A stretch of DNA of 64,000 bases from Ylistrum balloti. Lineage: Eukaryota. The stretch lies in contig NW_026781893.1 of NCBI RefSeq assembly GCF_031769215.1, forward strand, positions 1,054,001 through 1,118,000, given 5' to 3'. The notes beneath the pieces were generated by a model. That model saw only the letters and a program-made list of their open reading frames with translations, did not search any database and was not told where the DNA came from. This document shows positions 51,372-64,000 of the stretch, in pieces. The translations under genes and the position numbers were made by a program. Every line of letters starts with the position of its first letter. Position 1 is the first letter of the stretch.

Positions 51372-51532
51372 CAACGATGACGATGATTCTCCCACTATTG
51401 GTTTGATGTTTGGTAGTATTGCAGCATGCACGATATTCATTGTTTTATGCGCATGCATATGTGGTAAAATGGTTCGCCGTCAGCCTCCCTCTACAGAACA
51501 ACCTTATACTGATCAGACAAACTCTCCGACAG
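51372..51532 (+). CDS. Shisa-like gene A exon 3 (TM helix)
   Basis: TTGCAG acceptor, ACAG|GTCAGT donor; IGLMFGSIAACTIFIVLCACICGKMVRR. Confidence 0.85.
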
Positions 51533-53071
51533 GTCAGTGAAGTCTTGTTATCTTAATTATTTGTCTTCGGATATAATGCTGACTTTAGGAGTATTTTATT
51601 TCATTTGGAATTCTTTTAATTTTGTGGCATAACGATTGAAACACATTTGTAGTTATAGCATTACGTAAGGTTTGTCACAAGACGGGCAAAACGAGACATG
51701 AAATGTATTTTTGTACTTTGCTATCTATTGTAGTGTTTAAAAGCTATAATTGAGCATTGTGGCGCCGTAGTATACCTACTGATTCGGCTAAAAGCGTCAA
51801 TAATTTCAACATTTACACCATGGTGGAAGTACATTGTACTCTTGAGCATAACTTGAGGAAGATTGGGGCATTAATAACACAAATTAAGGGCGTAAATTCT
51901 AACTGGGTGGATCACTTTCCGTGATTTTAAGGACAAGATAATAGATACTTAATTTGTCTCTTGATTTCGGAAATTTTTGTTTGCATGAAATGGCAATGGT
52001 ACTTTTTTTTATAATCATTAAGGCTTTTCTACAATATTTCTGTTTCAAAGCAGAAAGTCTGAATTTATAAACGTTGCCAAATATTTCAGTAATTTTTTAA
52101 ACCTTTTTTTCGTTACAGTTTTAGTGGTTCAAAAGAGAAAGCAATGAAAACTTTATTTTGGCTTATTTTTTTTCTTAAATTTTCCTTTTTTTCAAGTATT
52201 ATGCTTTTGCATTTGAATGAACGAGGAGAGTTGTTAGAACTGAGATCGACCCAAATTGATAAAGAACGTACGTTGTTAATTAGATATCAAGAATAGATAC
52301 GGATTCAGAAAATCAATAAACTCCATAACAGCTACACATTCATTCACTGCTTTCGATTTACAAAAAAGATACTAAATAAATAGATAAATAAAACGATCCT
52401 TGAGATATCAACACCAGACAAAAGATTAACTTTAGTTATTTTGTAAAAAAATTGAAAAAGAACAAAAAATCTTTTTTATTAAATTCACTAGAACTATGTA
52501 GATTTATGCTAGTTTGTTTTCCATTATCCATACAAGTTGATTCATCTCAGCTTTTGTTAATACACAATGACACCGATATACGGAAAATTCGTTTTGCACG
52601 ATTTCAAAGACATGTTTACTGACTTTTAAAATCAATTTCCAAGACCAAAGGATATCATGCTGTTTCTTTCCAATATTATTCTTTAGGTATTTCTAGCTTT
52701 GGCTATGGGTATCTGGTCCCTTTCATACTCCGCTAACTGCTTTCATTGTGATTAGGACAATAGGAAATGGATCTCCTTTGCAAAATTGTGAATTGGAATG
52801 AGCTGTGTAACAACAGCGTTTTGATGCACTTTATGAAAAAAAACAAATTGAGAAGGACTTGTGAAATTGTCAATCCAGACTCCACGAAGACATTAGAAAG
52901 CCAATCTCCACTTATCGTTTTAATTTTGCTACAATATATTCGTATATCATTTCATTCATTTGCTTATAAAATCTATTTTTCTCAAGATACTGCCATCAAA
53001 CGTATTCAGTTTGTCTTGCCCTTAGATATATTGATCTATACACACTCTATTAAAGATAATTATTCTTTTAG

Positions 53072-53349
53072 GTGGAGGATCTCATTTCTCATCTTTAACA
53101 AATCAGACCAACACTTCCGATACAAGTACTTCAATACAGGTAACTCCTTCCAGCATTCAAATGAGGGACCCAGCTCCTTCACCACCGCCATCTTACGAGG
53201 AATGTTTAGAGAAAAACTTAATATTACCACCGCCTGCGTATGATGCTCTGAACCTGTTTACAAACAACGCTTACTCAGGTTCGGATAGCAATGTGACAGC
53301 TAATACAGTTCAAATTGATCATAATCATTCACCTGCTAACTCAGACTGA
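53072..53349 (+). CDS. Shisa-like gene A exon 4 (cytoplasmic tail with two PPxY motifs); full protein 212 aa
   Basis: TTTTAG acceptor, phase 1; PPPSYEEC and PPPAY; stop at 53349. Confidence 0.82.
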
Positions 53350-53490
53350 ACATGCTTATATCTTGATGACTTGTTTGTGGAAACAGTGGATAAGTGATTG
53401 GATCCTCGTACATCTGGGCAACAATGTGACTTCAAATGTAACTTTATAACCTAAATGTATATACATGTAAGACAGATATATTCTAGTGTT

Positions 53491-53632
53491 NNNNNNNNNN
53501 NNNNNNNNNNNNNNNNNNNNNNNNNNNNNNNNNNNNNNNNNNNNNNNNNNNNNNNNNNNNNNNNNNNNNNNNNNNNNNNNNNNNNNNNNNNNNNNNNNNN
53601 NNNNNNNNNNNNNNNNNNNNNNNNNNNNNNNN
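53491..53632. other. assembly gap (N run)
   Basis: about 142 N. Confidence 0.99.
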
Positions 53633-54134
53633 GTTTATGTATAGAGTGTTACATACAGTTATAAATACTGCAGCTGACCGACAAAAGTATTCAGCAGGAC
53701 ATGTAGTAGATAAACATAGTAGTGTACCTAATGTATCTGTAAATGAATAACGTGCTATATGAATGACATGCTCAGCAGTATCAGGCAGTATTATGCCACA
53801 TATATAATGGCGGTATGTATAAACGACAGCAACTTAATGACAATAATACGTACAATATGTTTAAAAAAGTAGTGTATCACATCATTTACAGATGGGAATG
53901 ATAATATTATCAAATGTGTTCGCTCCTTTGTAATTATAAGACAACTTTCTCTTTAAGGCTGTATGAAGGTAAGACTTTAGAAAGTAATTGAAAAACAAAA
54001 AAAATCTGCACTATATTTTCCAGCATATGTGTGTAAGAATATGTGTAAAAACATAACCAATTCTCACATATTATTCATAAAAGATAGTAGAATTACACTT
54101 TTATATAATAGATTTGACATAACAACCGTCAATT

Positions 54135-54440
54135 CATTTAACGATCTTTAAAATGACATTTAACGATCTTTAAAATGACATTAAACGATCTTTAAAATGA
54201 CATTTAACGATCTTTAAAATGACATTAAACGATCTTTAAAATGACATTTAACGATCCTTACAATGACATTTAACGATCTTTACAATGACATTAAACGATC
54301 TTTAAAATGACATTTAACGATCTTTAAAATGACATTAAACGATCTTTAAAATGACATTTAACGATCTTTAAAATGACATTAAACTATCTTTAAAATGACA
54401 TTTAACGATCCTTACAATGACATTTAACTATCTTTACAAC
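54135..54440. repeat. 22-bp minisatellite (~13 copies)
   Basis: unit catttaacgatctttaaaatga. Confidence 0.92.
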
Positions 54441-54734
54441 CATACATATAGCAATTTTTCCAAGAACAAAATAACGAGCTGAAGTCTTTGTTTTTGGGTC
54501 CTAAAAATCATGGAAAGCGTTCGATCAAGACATGACTTCGTCCTTAATAAATACCTCCAAATTAAACAGTGTTCTTATCAAAAGTGAAAGAATAATGAAA
54601 ATATGAACAAGTGGTCACACGTGACATTGAGATCCTTACAGTTGTCAAATATTACAAGGAATCAGTATAGACCAATAATGATCAAAGTCAGATAGCGTGA
54701 ACATCCAATATAGAGTCTTAGTAGATGATAAAGG

Positions 54735-55020
54735 GTGATTAATCAGAATGGTAATGAAAACGATCACAGGAAATTTACTCATCAGATTGGAAATGACGAC
54801 GATCACAGGGAATTTACTCATCAGATTGGAAATGACGACGATCACAGGGAATTTACTCATCAGATTGGAAATGACGACGATCACAGGAAATTTACTTATC
54901 AGATTGGAAATGACGACGATCACAGGAAATTTACTCATCAGATTGGAAATGACGACGATCACAGGAAATTTACTTATCAGAATGGCGATGAATACGATCA
55001 CAGGAAATTTACTGACGAGT
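54735..55020. repeat. 39-bp minisatellite (~7 copies)
   Basis: unit gatcacaggaaatttactcatcagattggaaatgacgac. Confidence 0.9.
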
Positions 55021-55369
55021 GTAAAAGTAAACAGAACACGTGAACATTGTGTATTTTGCAATTTCAGATGAGGGGAAACTGGGAGTCGATTAAGTTTTTT
55101 ATTTTTGTTTGCTTTGTTTTTTCTTGACATTGTTAAAGATGCACATAATAAAGACCACGAAAATTATCCCAAAAGACAAGTATCTGTTATATGTCAACCA
55201 GGTTCAATAAGTAGTAAAAATGACCAGGGGAAGGCAATTAAGTTTAAACGTTCGAACACATTATAGCAAAAAAAATGTACTTATGGGTCCTTCGTGAAAA
55301 TAAGTAAATACATTACAACAACTAGTTTAAATATCAGGATTGATCAAACATGGACATTAAATGAACAAA

Positions 55370-55780
55370 AATGATTTAAACGTGGTCCTTTAAACGAATA
55401 GAAGGATAAGAAGACCAACTATTTTGGAAAGTAAGAATCATCTGCTTCATCTAAGTCGCAGAGATGCAAAGTCAAGTTTTCAAAAGAGGATCTAGTGTAT
55501 AACACTGAATCCATTAGACCTACTTAAAGTATCGATCCATTTAACCTGACGCTGCACAAAGAAAACAAATCAAATCCTACTACAAATTTCTATTTACTTA
55601 CAATCGACCCAATTAATTCTCGAATTGATATTCCGTAAAACAACCACTGCAGGTTGTATTTAGAGTGAAGATGTCGATCAATAGTGTGAATTGATACATA
55701 TACTCACAAACCAAGTGTATACAAAGGGAGTAAACTCATATCAAAGCGATTTGTATCTCAATGAAAAAATAACACAGTCC
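55370..55780 (+). pseudogene. highly decayed L1/Tx1-like endonuclease fragment
   Basis: broken pieces FTYNRPN..SRIDI and an SDH-like remnant; many stops and frameshifts. Confidence 0.3.
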
Positions 55781-57710
55781 AAGGTCGTTATGCTTAACGG
55801 TCGTGTCATTCACTAAGGAAATCAAACATGGTTTTGAAGCTTAATGATGACTGATTTCGGTCGCTATAATTAGAAAGTGCATGTTCCTAACACATTGTAT
55901 TACTGATCGGGTGTTTGTAAACTCTGTACAAAAAAATAATCAATGTAAATTGATATGAATAGACAATAATATGGCGCCCGTTTACTGTAATGATGCACTT
56001 ATTATTTTCAAATATATATTTCGTTTCAACGAATTATCTTTTCAGTTTTTATATTATTGTATTTTTTATCGAAATACAAGTACTACGCCATTCAAAGACG
56101 TCACACACCTCTTTGCAGATTAGGTTTAAAACATTATGGCTTTTGTCGGCTTTTGAATCATGAACCTGCAAATTATTTTGTGCAGCTGTTTGGAGTTATT
56201 GTTTAGATATAAATACTCAGAACATATCTAAGTCTTCGAAAAGTACCTCTTTTTATATGAAGGTTTTTTTTAATATCTTCACAAATTAATGACCGTATGT
56301 GCATCTTAGTAAGGAAGCACGTGAAGCAAGTGTAATTTATTATCAATATTATGTATGTAACAAGATTGTAATCCTCACAGAACAAAATCTAAGTCTGTTG
56401 CGTGGTTTTTTTAAATATAGTATTATCTTTCATTGACCGAACAAAAAACAAAGATGCATACATAAAAACAAATAAACAGCTATGTTGTCATTACAATGAA
56501 AATCTATTGTATGTGACTTCATTTGATTTTTTAACTGAATTATATGAAATATATTCTATTAATATTGCAACCGTACGAATTAGTTGGTATTAAGTTCGAA
56601 AAAACAAACCAAATTATTTCAAGGTGTTTTATCAACATTTAATCTGAAAGCTATTCCTGATACATAATTCAATCCGGGGGAAAAGGAGAACCATTTATAT
56701 CTTCTTATATGGTATTCACTTTTTCTGTTATCAGGAAGGTCCAATTGGCCTTAACCGCTGAACTTTTCCCTAGTTAATCTTCGACAAAAGAATAAACAAA
56801 ATATAATTTCGAGAAAATGAAATAGCCGTTCGTTAAAACGAAATCGTACTTCAAAAAATCATATTGGAAATATGACATTTTTTGAGCCAAATATTGTTTG
56901 TAAATAGTATTGTACTAAAGATATATATTACGATATAGTTGTAATCATATCTGTTGCCATGGGCAATGCATAATGGTACTGTGGAAATTATCTAGAAGGT
57001 AAAAATAGAAATCTGCAGTTAAATATCAAAGTGTTTCCATTAAATGGTGAAATACTTGATTCAGGAATTGTTAAGAAGATATCCATTTAAAAGATAAACT
57101 AAAGTATACTGATGATAAAGCTTACCTTAAGTATTACTTCGTGATATGCATGCCCAATGAAAGATTTAGTACCCTTTCCACGGTCTACAACTCGACATTA
57201 CATCAAGTTCTGAACTTTTCCATGCAGGTACCGTGTATAATATAAGGGTTTAAACCCAATATTCAATAGATCAATAAATAGATCAAGACGTGACACTACG
57301 TTTTCTTTTATAATCACCGCCGTCCAATATTCAGGGATACATTGACACACATGACTGAGTTCTATAAACTGTTCTATATTAAGCCTTATCCTACCTGCCG
57401 ATATCCATTGAGTAGTTGGTGGTATGTCCGACCACACCTTTGATGTGGCCATGCTTATCCGTATACTTTCTTCGGATCTAATCAGTTCTTCTCGGGAGTC
57501 GTCACAAATTGTTGAAGATGACATTTGACAAGACATATGTGTGACATTGTTAGGAGACTTTTCCGAGGTAATTGCGAAATACGTATGTGACCCTGTTACG
57601 AAACTTGTTGTTTTTTAAGTAATTTTGAAATATGTGTATGACACTAGATAATATGGCTTGTTTGAGGGAGATCATTCACTTGCAGTAGCTCCCATTTCAC
57701 AGGTTAAGAT

Positions 57711-57783
57711 ATGAAGATTCCACTTATCGTGTCGCTGGCCAGCTGTCTATGGCGGTGTATACATTCTTTCACAACAACAACAG
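57711..57783 (+). CDS. Shisa-like gene B exon 1 (signal peptide)
   Basis: MKIPLIVSLASCLWRCIHSFTTTT + G|GTAAGT, phase 1; acceptor at 57702 suggests an upstream UTR exon. Confidence 0.7.
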
Positions 57784-60649
57784 GTAAGTAATTTACGTGT
57801 TTATAAACAGACAGAAGTATAGCTCCTGTTTCTAAATATACCACTTTAATTTACAGCACCTTTAAACATGTATGTATCAGTCAAAGGTGTGTTTATGAAT
57901 GTGTCGCATATAAAGTATATGCTAATCACCAAAAGCCTCTAGGTAAATATATCGTTATTACTCGAAGAACGTCGATTTCTTTGTACCATGTATGTTTGAC
58001 CTACTTTTGTACTGCCATGCGAAAAGAATCGCTCCTAAAACGATCGTGATATTCTGTGTCAGTTACTTAAAGCGCCATACACATTTACTTATTGGTACAG
58101 CCTAGCCTATTTATACTCCCAAATAACTAGGTTATTGTAATGATTTAAGTTTTGTGTATAAATTTGCATATTACCACATGTCGAACGTTAGTGTTAACAT
58201 TTCATGAACTCGTGAGTAGGCAATATCTGTTGTGAATTTCCTTGTATACGAATGTGGTGATGCCTATAATGTTAACACCCGGTTACACTAATTAAATATC
58301 ATTGGTCAATTCCAAAGCTTTCATTTTGTGTCCTGTGTTCTATATAGATATGAACTGACATTAAAACCGAGTATAAGATTCTACTGATCACATAGTCTGT
58401 ATTTCTTACAACAATAAGGTTAAACTTTCAAATTAATTTCCCTCTAATACAAGTTTTATTTCGATGCAAACGATACGTTTTTTCACTGTCGAGACAATCG
58501 TGTGGTGTCATCGAAGTTATATATTTATGACGTCACAATAATGTTAAAACACTTGTGCCTTCTGATATTTATGAAATGGCTTTATTAAATGATACAAATG
58601 TCCTTTATGTATTGAAAACAAATATAGCATGAACATTCAATGTAAATGCAAGTATTAATTATTACTTGTGATCAATTTACACGCATATCTACAAATAAGG
58701 ATGTAATAATATATGCAATATCGTCCTGCTGTTCAAAAAAATTGAAAATCAATTGTTATAAAAATTGATAATTTCATTCCTTTTTAGGCTAAACGTACTC
58801 AGTAAGAATAGGCTATTGCGACGGCCTTTCAGACAAAATTTACCGATCCTGGCCTTCTCATTGGCCGACATATCGAGAGCCTTCTAGCGGCAATTTTCTG
58901 CGTAAATAATGCCGCGGTCTTCCAAATCGCTATTTTAAAAGCATCCAAAAGTAGTTTATTTTTATAATAACAATACGATTACTATATATTTCAAAAAAGA
59001 AGCACAGTGTGGTTGAACTATTGATAAATTTTGAACAATATATTTTACGGAATTCTCGACATGACGTAAACGTACAGAACACTGTACGTGATAAGAAGTT
59101 GATAAGAAGCTAGTCTGGGGGCTTGGTTTGAATTATCAACTAACAGCACTTATAAATAAACAAAACTTACAAACAGAACATCAATTTTGTTTTAATCCTT
59201 GTCGTTGTGGCAAGATCATCTTAATATATAACATCACTTTACCTCAGTAGACATCACCGAATTGGACTGTTCGTCCCACGCGCACACCCGCCGATATGAC
59301 ACTTTTTCAGGTTTTTCACATCCACCGCCACGACACTTTTTCAAGTTTTTGAAGATAAAAAGTTTGCGCTTCGTAGGCAAGGTACATTTGGTGCTCATGA
59401 TTTATGAATAATATATGTTTATTACTGTACTGATCATGATGTTTTATTTGAAGGAGGTTGATTGTGCTGATTTCTCCAGTTTTGTTAATGTGTATCAAAG
59501 TTCCTTGAAATGAAAATATTCCTTCAAACAAAATATTCATGTTTATAATTATCAATTAACTAGAACGAAATATTTCCATAACATATTTATTCATTTAGCG
59601 TGTCATGGTGACATCATCTAATGCATTGGAGATCAGAAATAGTAGTAGCTAAAGTGAAAATATTGTAAATTTTGTATATATATGGAAGTCTGGTTTAATC
59701 TCAAAGAACTATGTCTTTATAGACATAATTACTGGAGGAAAAGTCTAACCATGATACTTCAAGGAAGATAGGCATGTAAATACATTTAATGTAATTACTT
59801 ACACTTTCACCTATCTGAAATGCTGTGTATACCTTATCTACTTTCCTCAACTACAAATATAATCATAATAAGTAAGGACTATTACTTTGCAATATATTCA
59901 AAATAAAGAAGTAGGTATAAAGTCCTTTCGATTTGTTTAAATCCTCATATTGATAGGATAGTAATTGCAACATCTTGGGTATTTCAAAGGTTTTATTTAG
60001 TCAACTTCATCATAGAGGTATTTATCGTTTGGCTTGTTGGTGATAAATATATGGTTGTGTGTATTTTGTTTTTTTTTTACCTATTTTGATTTGTTCACAT
60101 TATTGTCGTCAAATTTGAAATCAGAATTAAAGAAGATATAAAATCGCTTAAAATTAAGAAAAATAGCCTCTGGTTCTCTTATTTTAGTAATTTTTGCATT
60201 CCAAAGTGTAGGAGTATGGGAATAGTAATATAGCTTTGCGGTTATTTGTGAACATTTTTCAATACGTTTAGCCTTTCAGTACTTTCATTATTGTTTAGAG
60301 TTACTTAATGTTCACTTCAAACAGAACAGGAAAGTCGCATGATTTAAGCAAGCATATCATTGTAAAGCCAGTATCACGAAGACATAATCTACTACCTACC
60401 TGGTAACATTGATAGTTTACAAGGGTTGCTATATCTGTGATTGAAAACTTCTTCACGACAATATACTTTCTATAGGACCCTATCAACTAGCTTTTCTAAT
60501 GTGAATTTGGCATTATTTTATATACTGGTAGAAACAACATATATAAAATGTAGAAAAAAGACAACTAAATTACGTTCTATTTTGATGATTTTTATTGTAC
60601 AAAGTTAACCATGAATATTGATATATACAATATACCATCTTCGTTACAG

Positions 60650-60812
60650 ATGGCATTGTGCAGGATGAAAACTGTGCAACTGGCTACAACACATACGACT
60701 CAGATACAGGCCTAGTGAGAGAGGTTAAATACTACATCTACTGCACAGATTCTCAACACTGTTGTGACATATTCGAATATCGCTACTGCTGCCCTTACCA
60801 ATACTACAGCCC
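60650..60812 (+). CDS. Shisa-like gene B exon 2 (6-Cys ectodomain)
   Basis: TTACAG acceptor, CC|GTATGT donor; DENCATGY...YCTDSQHCCDIFEYRYCCPY = C-x22-C-x5-CC-x7-CC. Confidence 0.85.
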
Positions 60813-60885
60813 GTATGTAAATCAGGTCTAGTGTATTGATATACCCGTTCACATACTATGTAAGAGAAAAGGCAATGTGTTACAT

Positions 60886-61053
60886 AGAGGTCACACAACG
60901 AGCGGTTGTGGTATATATTTCATTTAGTGAAGTTATTTCTCAAAAGTTAAAAAAAGACATGAAATGTTTTAGCAATTGTTTTTGTAACTTTTGGAAGTAC
61001 TAACAAATGTAATAAAATACTATATAAAACAACCACACGTTTTTGTGACCTCT
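60886..61053. mobile_element. ~168-bp MITE-like element in intron 2 of gene B
   Basis: agaggtcacacaacgagcggttgt versus reverse complement of the right end agaggtcacaaaaacgtgtggttgt; no clear TSD. Confidence 0.5.
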
Positions 61054-61546
61054 TTCTACCACAATAAAAATATATAAAAGTTACCTGTCCTGTACCTAGG
61101 TGTTTTATTTACGCGATCTGTAGGGATATAATGGCCTTTAGTGAAATTCTGCTAATAAACATGCAAAACAGACAATTTGCGACATACACTGGTATACACT
61201 AACTCCATGACTAATTATAACCAGAAATACATTTGTTATCTTCAACGAAAAAAAATATAGAAATCAAATTAAAATTACAATCGCTAATTATCTACATAAT
61301 GAAGTTTTTGTATGTTAACCTGACTTGGAAAGATGATAACTTCATTCACGGTGAGCATGTACAACAACGTACCTTTGTCACATTGTAATTTTATATTGGA
61401 GAAATCATCGTGTAACCAGTCACTACCAGACAAGGTTCATATGTTTTATTATAGCATACCCCCAGCATTTTCATATATAATCATTAATATCGATAGACTT
61501 TTCATTAACACGCCTCCTGAATACATATGAAATGTTTCTTTTTCAG

Positions 61547-61701
61547 CTATGACTATCCGTCAAACAATGCTATCATATTTGGCGGTATAGCCGGGGCAAT
61601 CATGTTCTTATGTTTTGCTGTATGTGTCATCGCCAGATGGACACGAAAACCTGTACCAGCTATAGATCCGCAAACCGCTCAAGTTCTCAGGTCTATTACA
61701 G
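61547..61701 (+). CDS. Shisa-like gene B exon 3 (TM helix)
   Basis: TTTCAG acceptor, ACAG|GTCAGT donor; AIIFGGIAGAIMFLCFAVCVIARWTRK. Confidence 0.85.
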
Positions 61702-63164
61702 GTCAGTACCCAGCAGACAATTTACAGTCTGCCAACAACCATTTCCAGCTGCATACAAACCAATATAACATAGTATATATAATGTTATATCTTAGATTGA
61801 TAATGAGGGGCGCAGTCATTTTGCTCTGCATTTAAGTATCACGCACGGTGATGCACATGAAAACCTACAATAATGAAGTAATGTTACATGGCAAATAATT
61901 ATCACAAACTCTGTCCTGAATTGTATAAGAATATACTGTCACTTTGCTCTACCTTTACTCATTCAAATGAAGCAGATAACATTTTGTTTAACACATGCTG
62001 CATGATTACATAACTCCATTTCCGGTAACCAGAGAACAGTGTTTTGAATAAACGAAAGTAATACTCTATTAAGTAAAATTAAGTACCACGCTAGGAATAC
62101 AGTCAATACAATTGTCAGTTTATCCATCTACAAACCTGGAGCATTTACTTCTAACAAATTCCTTCATTACTCATAATTCTTATGTTCACAGCTGCATGTA
62201 TATTCCTCGTTCGTTTTTTCCTGGTATTTCATATCCTCGTGTAAATTTCCTAGCCTTATTTATAAATAATTATACGATCGTATATGTCATTGAATGTCCA
62301 CATTTTGTTTTACACTTATTAATTTTCTTAAGTTAGATCAAAGTAAAATAAAGTTCCACGTGCATTTTGAAGTTTCTGTGCTTTCCGGCTCTTAAATTCT
62401 AAAAAGAAACATACAGGATAGAATAAATGAGGATATTTTGAATGCATTTTTAAATTTTGGTTTGTAAAAAGCTTTACAACGGAACTGGGAGAGTTCATCA
62501 CCAAATAAGTTTTCCTTCAGTTTCGTAGATAACTAGGATATAAGTCAAGTTGTAGGGAATTAAAACCTGTTGGTATCTACTATCTACTGGTACAATTTTG
62601 AAAGTTTAAATTTTTTCAATGTTGTGAATTATTTTACACTAACATCTACCAACAAAATCGTATATAATAGATAAAAAAACTTACTACTCGTCATTTTAGT
62701 CTGCAAAACCGTGACAAAAATAGCACGCGCACTGAAGCACCGGAATCATAACGATAACAGATATATCACAATAATGGGTGCTCGACCAGCTAAGTTAATC
62801 TTTATATTAATTTTGACACAAAGTTCAATTTTCCAAATAGATATAAGCGCCAACCACGAAATTTGTACTGTTGGTAAAACAAACTTTGAAACTTAAGTAC
62901 TACGAAACTATTTGACATTTCATACTATTGACATAAAGTTCTAGAGAGCTGCATTCTACATTTTAATGGCAATTTTGTAATCGAAGGTGGAAATTTTATT
63001 TTTCTCGTTGTTTTGTTTTGAAATGTTAATCTGAATATTTTCTGTCGACAAGTATTACAATTTTGATCAATACATGATCACAACCATTTTTCCATACCAC
63101 ATAATTTTAAGTCGCCCTGTATTCGTTTACATACAATTGAAAATCAAATGCGTTGTATTTTCAG

Positions 63165-63541
63165 GTGGTAATATACCACGAACACCATTCACAGGACTGA
63201 TTTTATCTACTGGTGATGGAAGTGCAATACACATGTCAACTTTAAGCACACAAACATTCGGTACGTCTGGCACTGAGACACAATCGGTTAATGCGTCTAG
63301 CAATGGGTCACATACTGTAGACACTAATGCGGCACCGCCCCCTCTTTATGAGGATTGTGTTCGAAATAGCCCCGATCTTACACTGCAAGGGAGCAGTGTT
63401 CATCCTGTTCCTTCTCCGCAAGTGGACAATGTTGATACCTCAATGACAATACATATGGACACCCGTTCAGACCATGATATTACTTCTGATAGCGAACACA
63501 GCAATAATGTTAACGTGTCAGACAGTATCACTTGTCTTTGA
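63165..63541 (+). CDS. Shisa-like gene B exon 4 (cytoplasmic tail with PPxY); full protein 255 aa
   Basis: TTTCAG acceptor, phase 1; APPPLYEDC; stop at 63541. Confidence 0.82.
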
Positions 63542-64000
63542 TGACGGAGCTATATAACATCATCTTGATATACAAGATGACTACTCAGGGTCATTCATTT
63601 TGATTTCTTCGGTTGTACGTTTCATGTTTCCTTTCAGAATAATTTGATAAAATGTTTTATTTCAATTTAAATATGCCTCAATTCATACCTAATAACTGTT
63701 TCTCAATGTTGATATCGCCTACCTGGATAGGACTGGATTTGTTTGTGAATATAAGCATTGCACGATAGGAACATTTTCTAACCTTTCTGATATTGACTTT
63801 GCTGTGGTTCGAATTCGCCAGGGGATTGTACACTGTATTTATATGCTGCTATTTTCGCTTTGTATTGTTACTAAATGCTAAAGAAATATTTTTTGTTGTT
63901 TTGTTTTTTATTATTATCATTATTTTAAGGGAGATCTGATTTTAATGACAGCATGGGATTCAGCAGCGCCTTATCACGATATTACGCGTTAATCAAGCTT

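Noticed and set aside
52767-53243. 158-aa ORF overlapping Shisa-like A exon 4
   Set aside because: Mostly intronic and in a different frame from the PPxY-containing exon supported by splice phase

Overview
AT-rich metazoan genomic DNA with spliceosomal introns. The repeat landscape looks molluscan/bivalve-like, which is an inference. All host genes found are on the + strand. (1) The last three coding exons of a GH29 alpha-L-fucosidase (243-3514). (2) A tandem cluster of three paralogous genes with uninterrupted CDS (20958-22466, 36402-38030, 41422-43020). Each encodes an unusual architecture: Cys4 N-terminal module, LRAT/PLAAT (permuted NlpC/P60) domain with intact His-His-Cys triad, long glycine-zipper hydrophobic segment, then a second LRAT-like domain with an altered triad. 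Genes 1 and 2 share a homologous promoter with paired NF-kB-like sites and a homologous non-coding first exon, and the three CDSs show patchwork sequence exchange. (3) Two tandem 4-exon Shisa-like (6-Cys, single TM, PPxY) adaptor genes (46814-53349, 57711-63541). The rest is transposon debris and tandem repeats: a near-complete but disrupted EN-RT LINE, hAT, Crypton-like and L1/Tx1 fragments, a Kolobok-type element, MITEs, a solo LTR, several minisatellites (51, 34, 38, 22, 39 bp), a higher-order satellite block, and one N gap. All family assignments are by motif recognition only; no searches were run.
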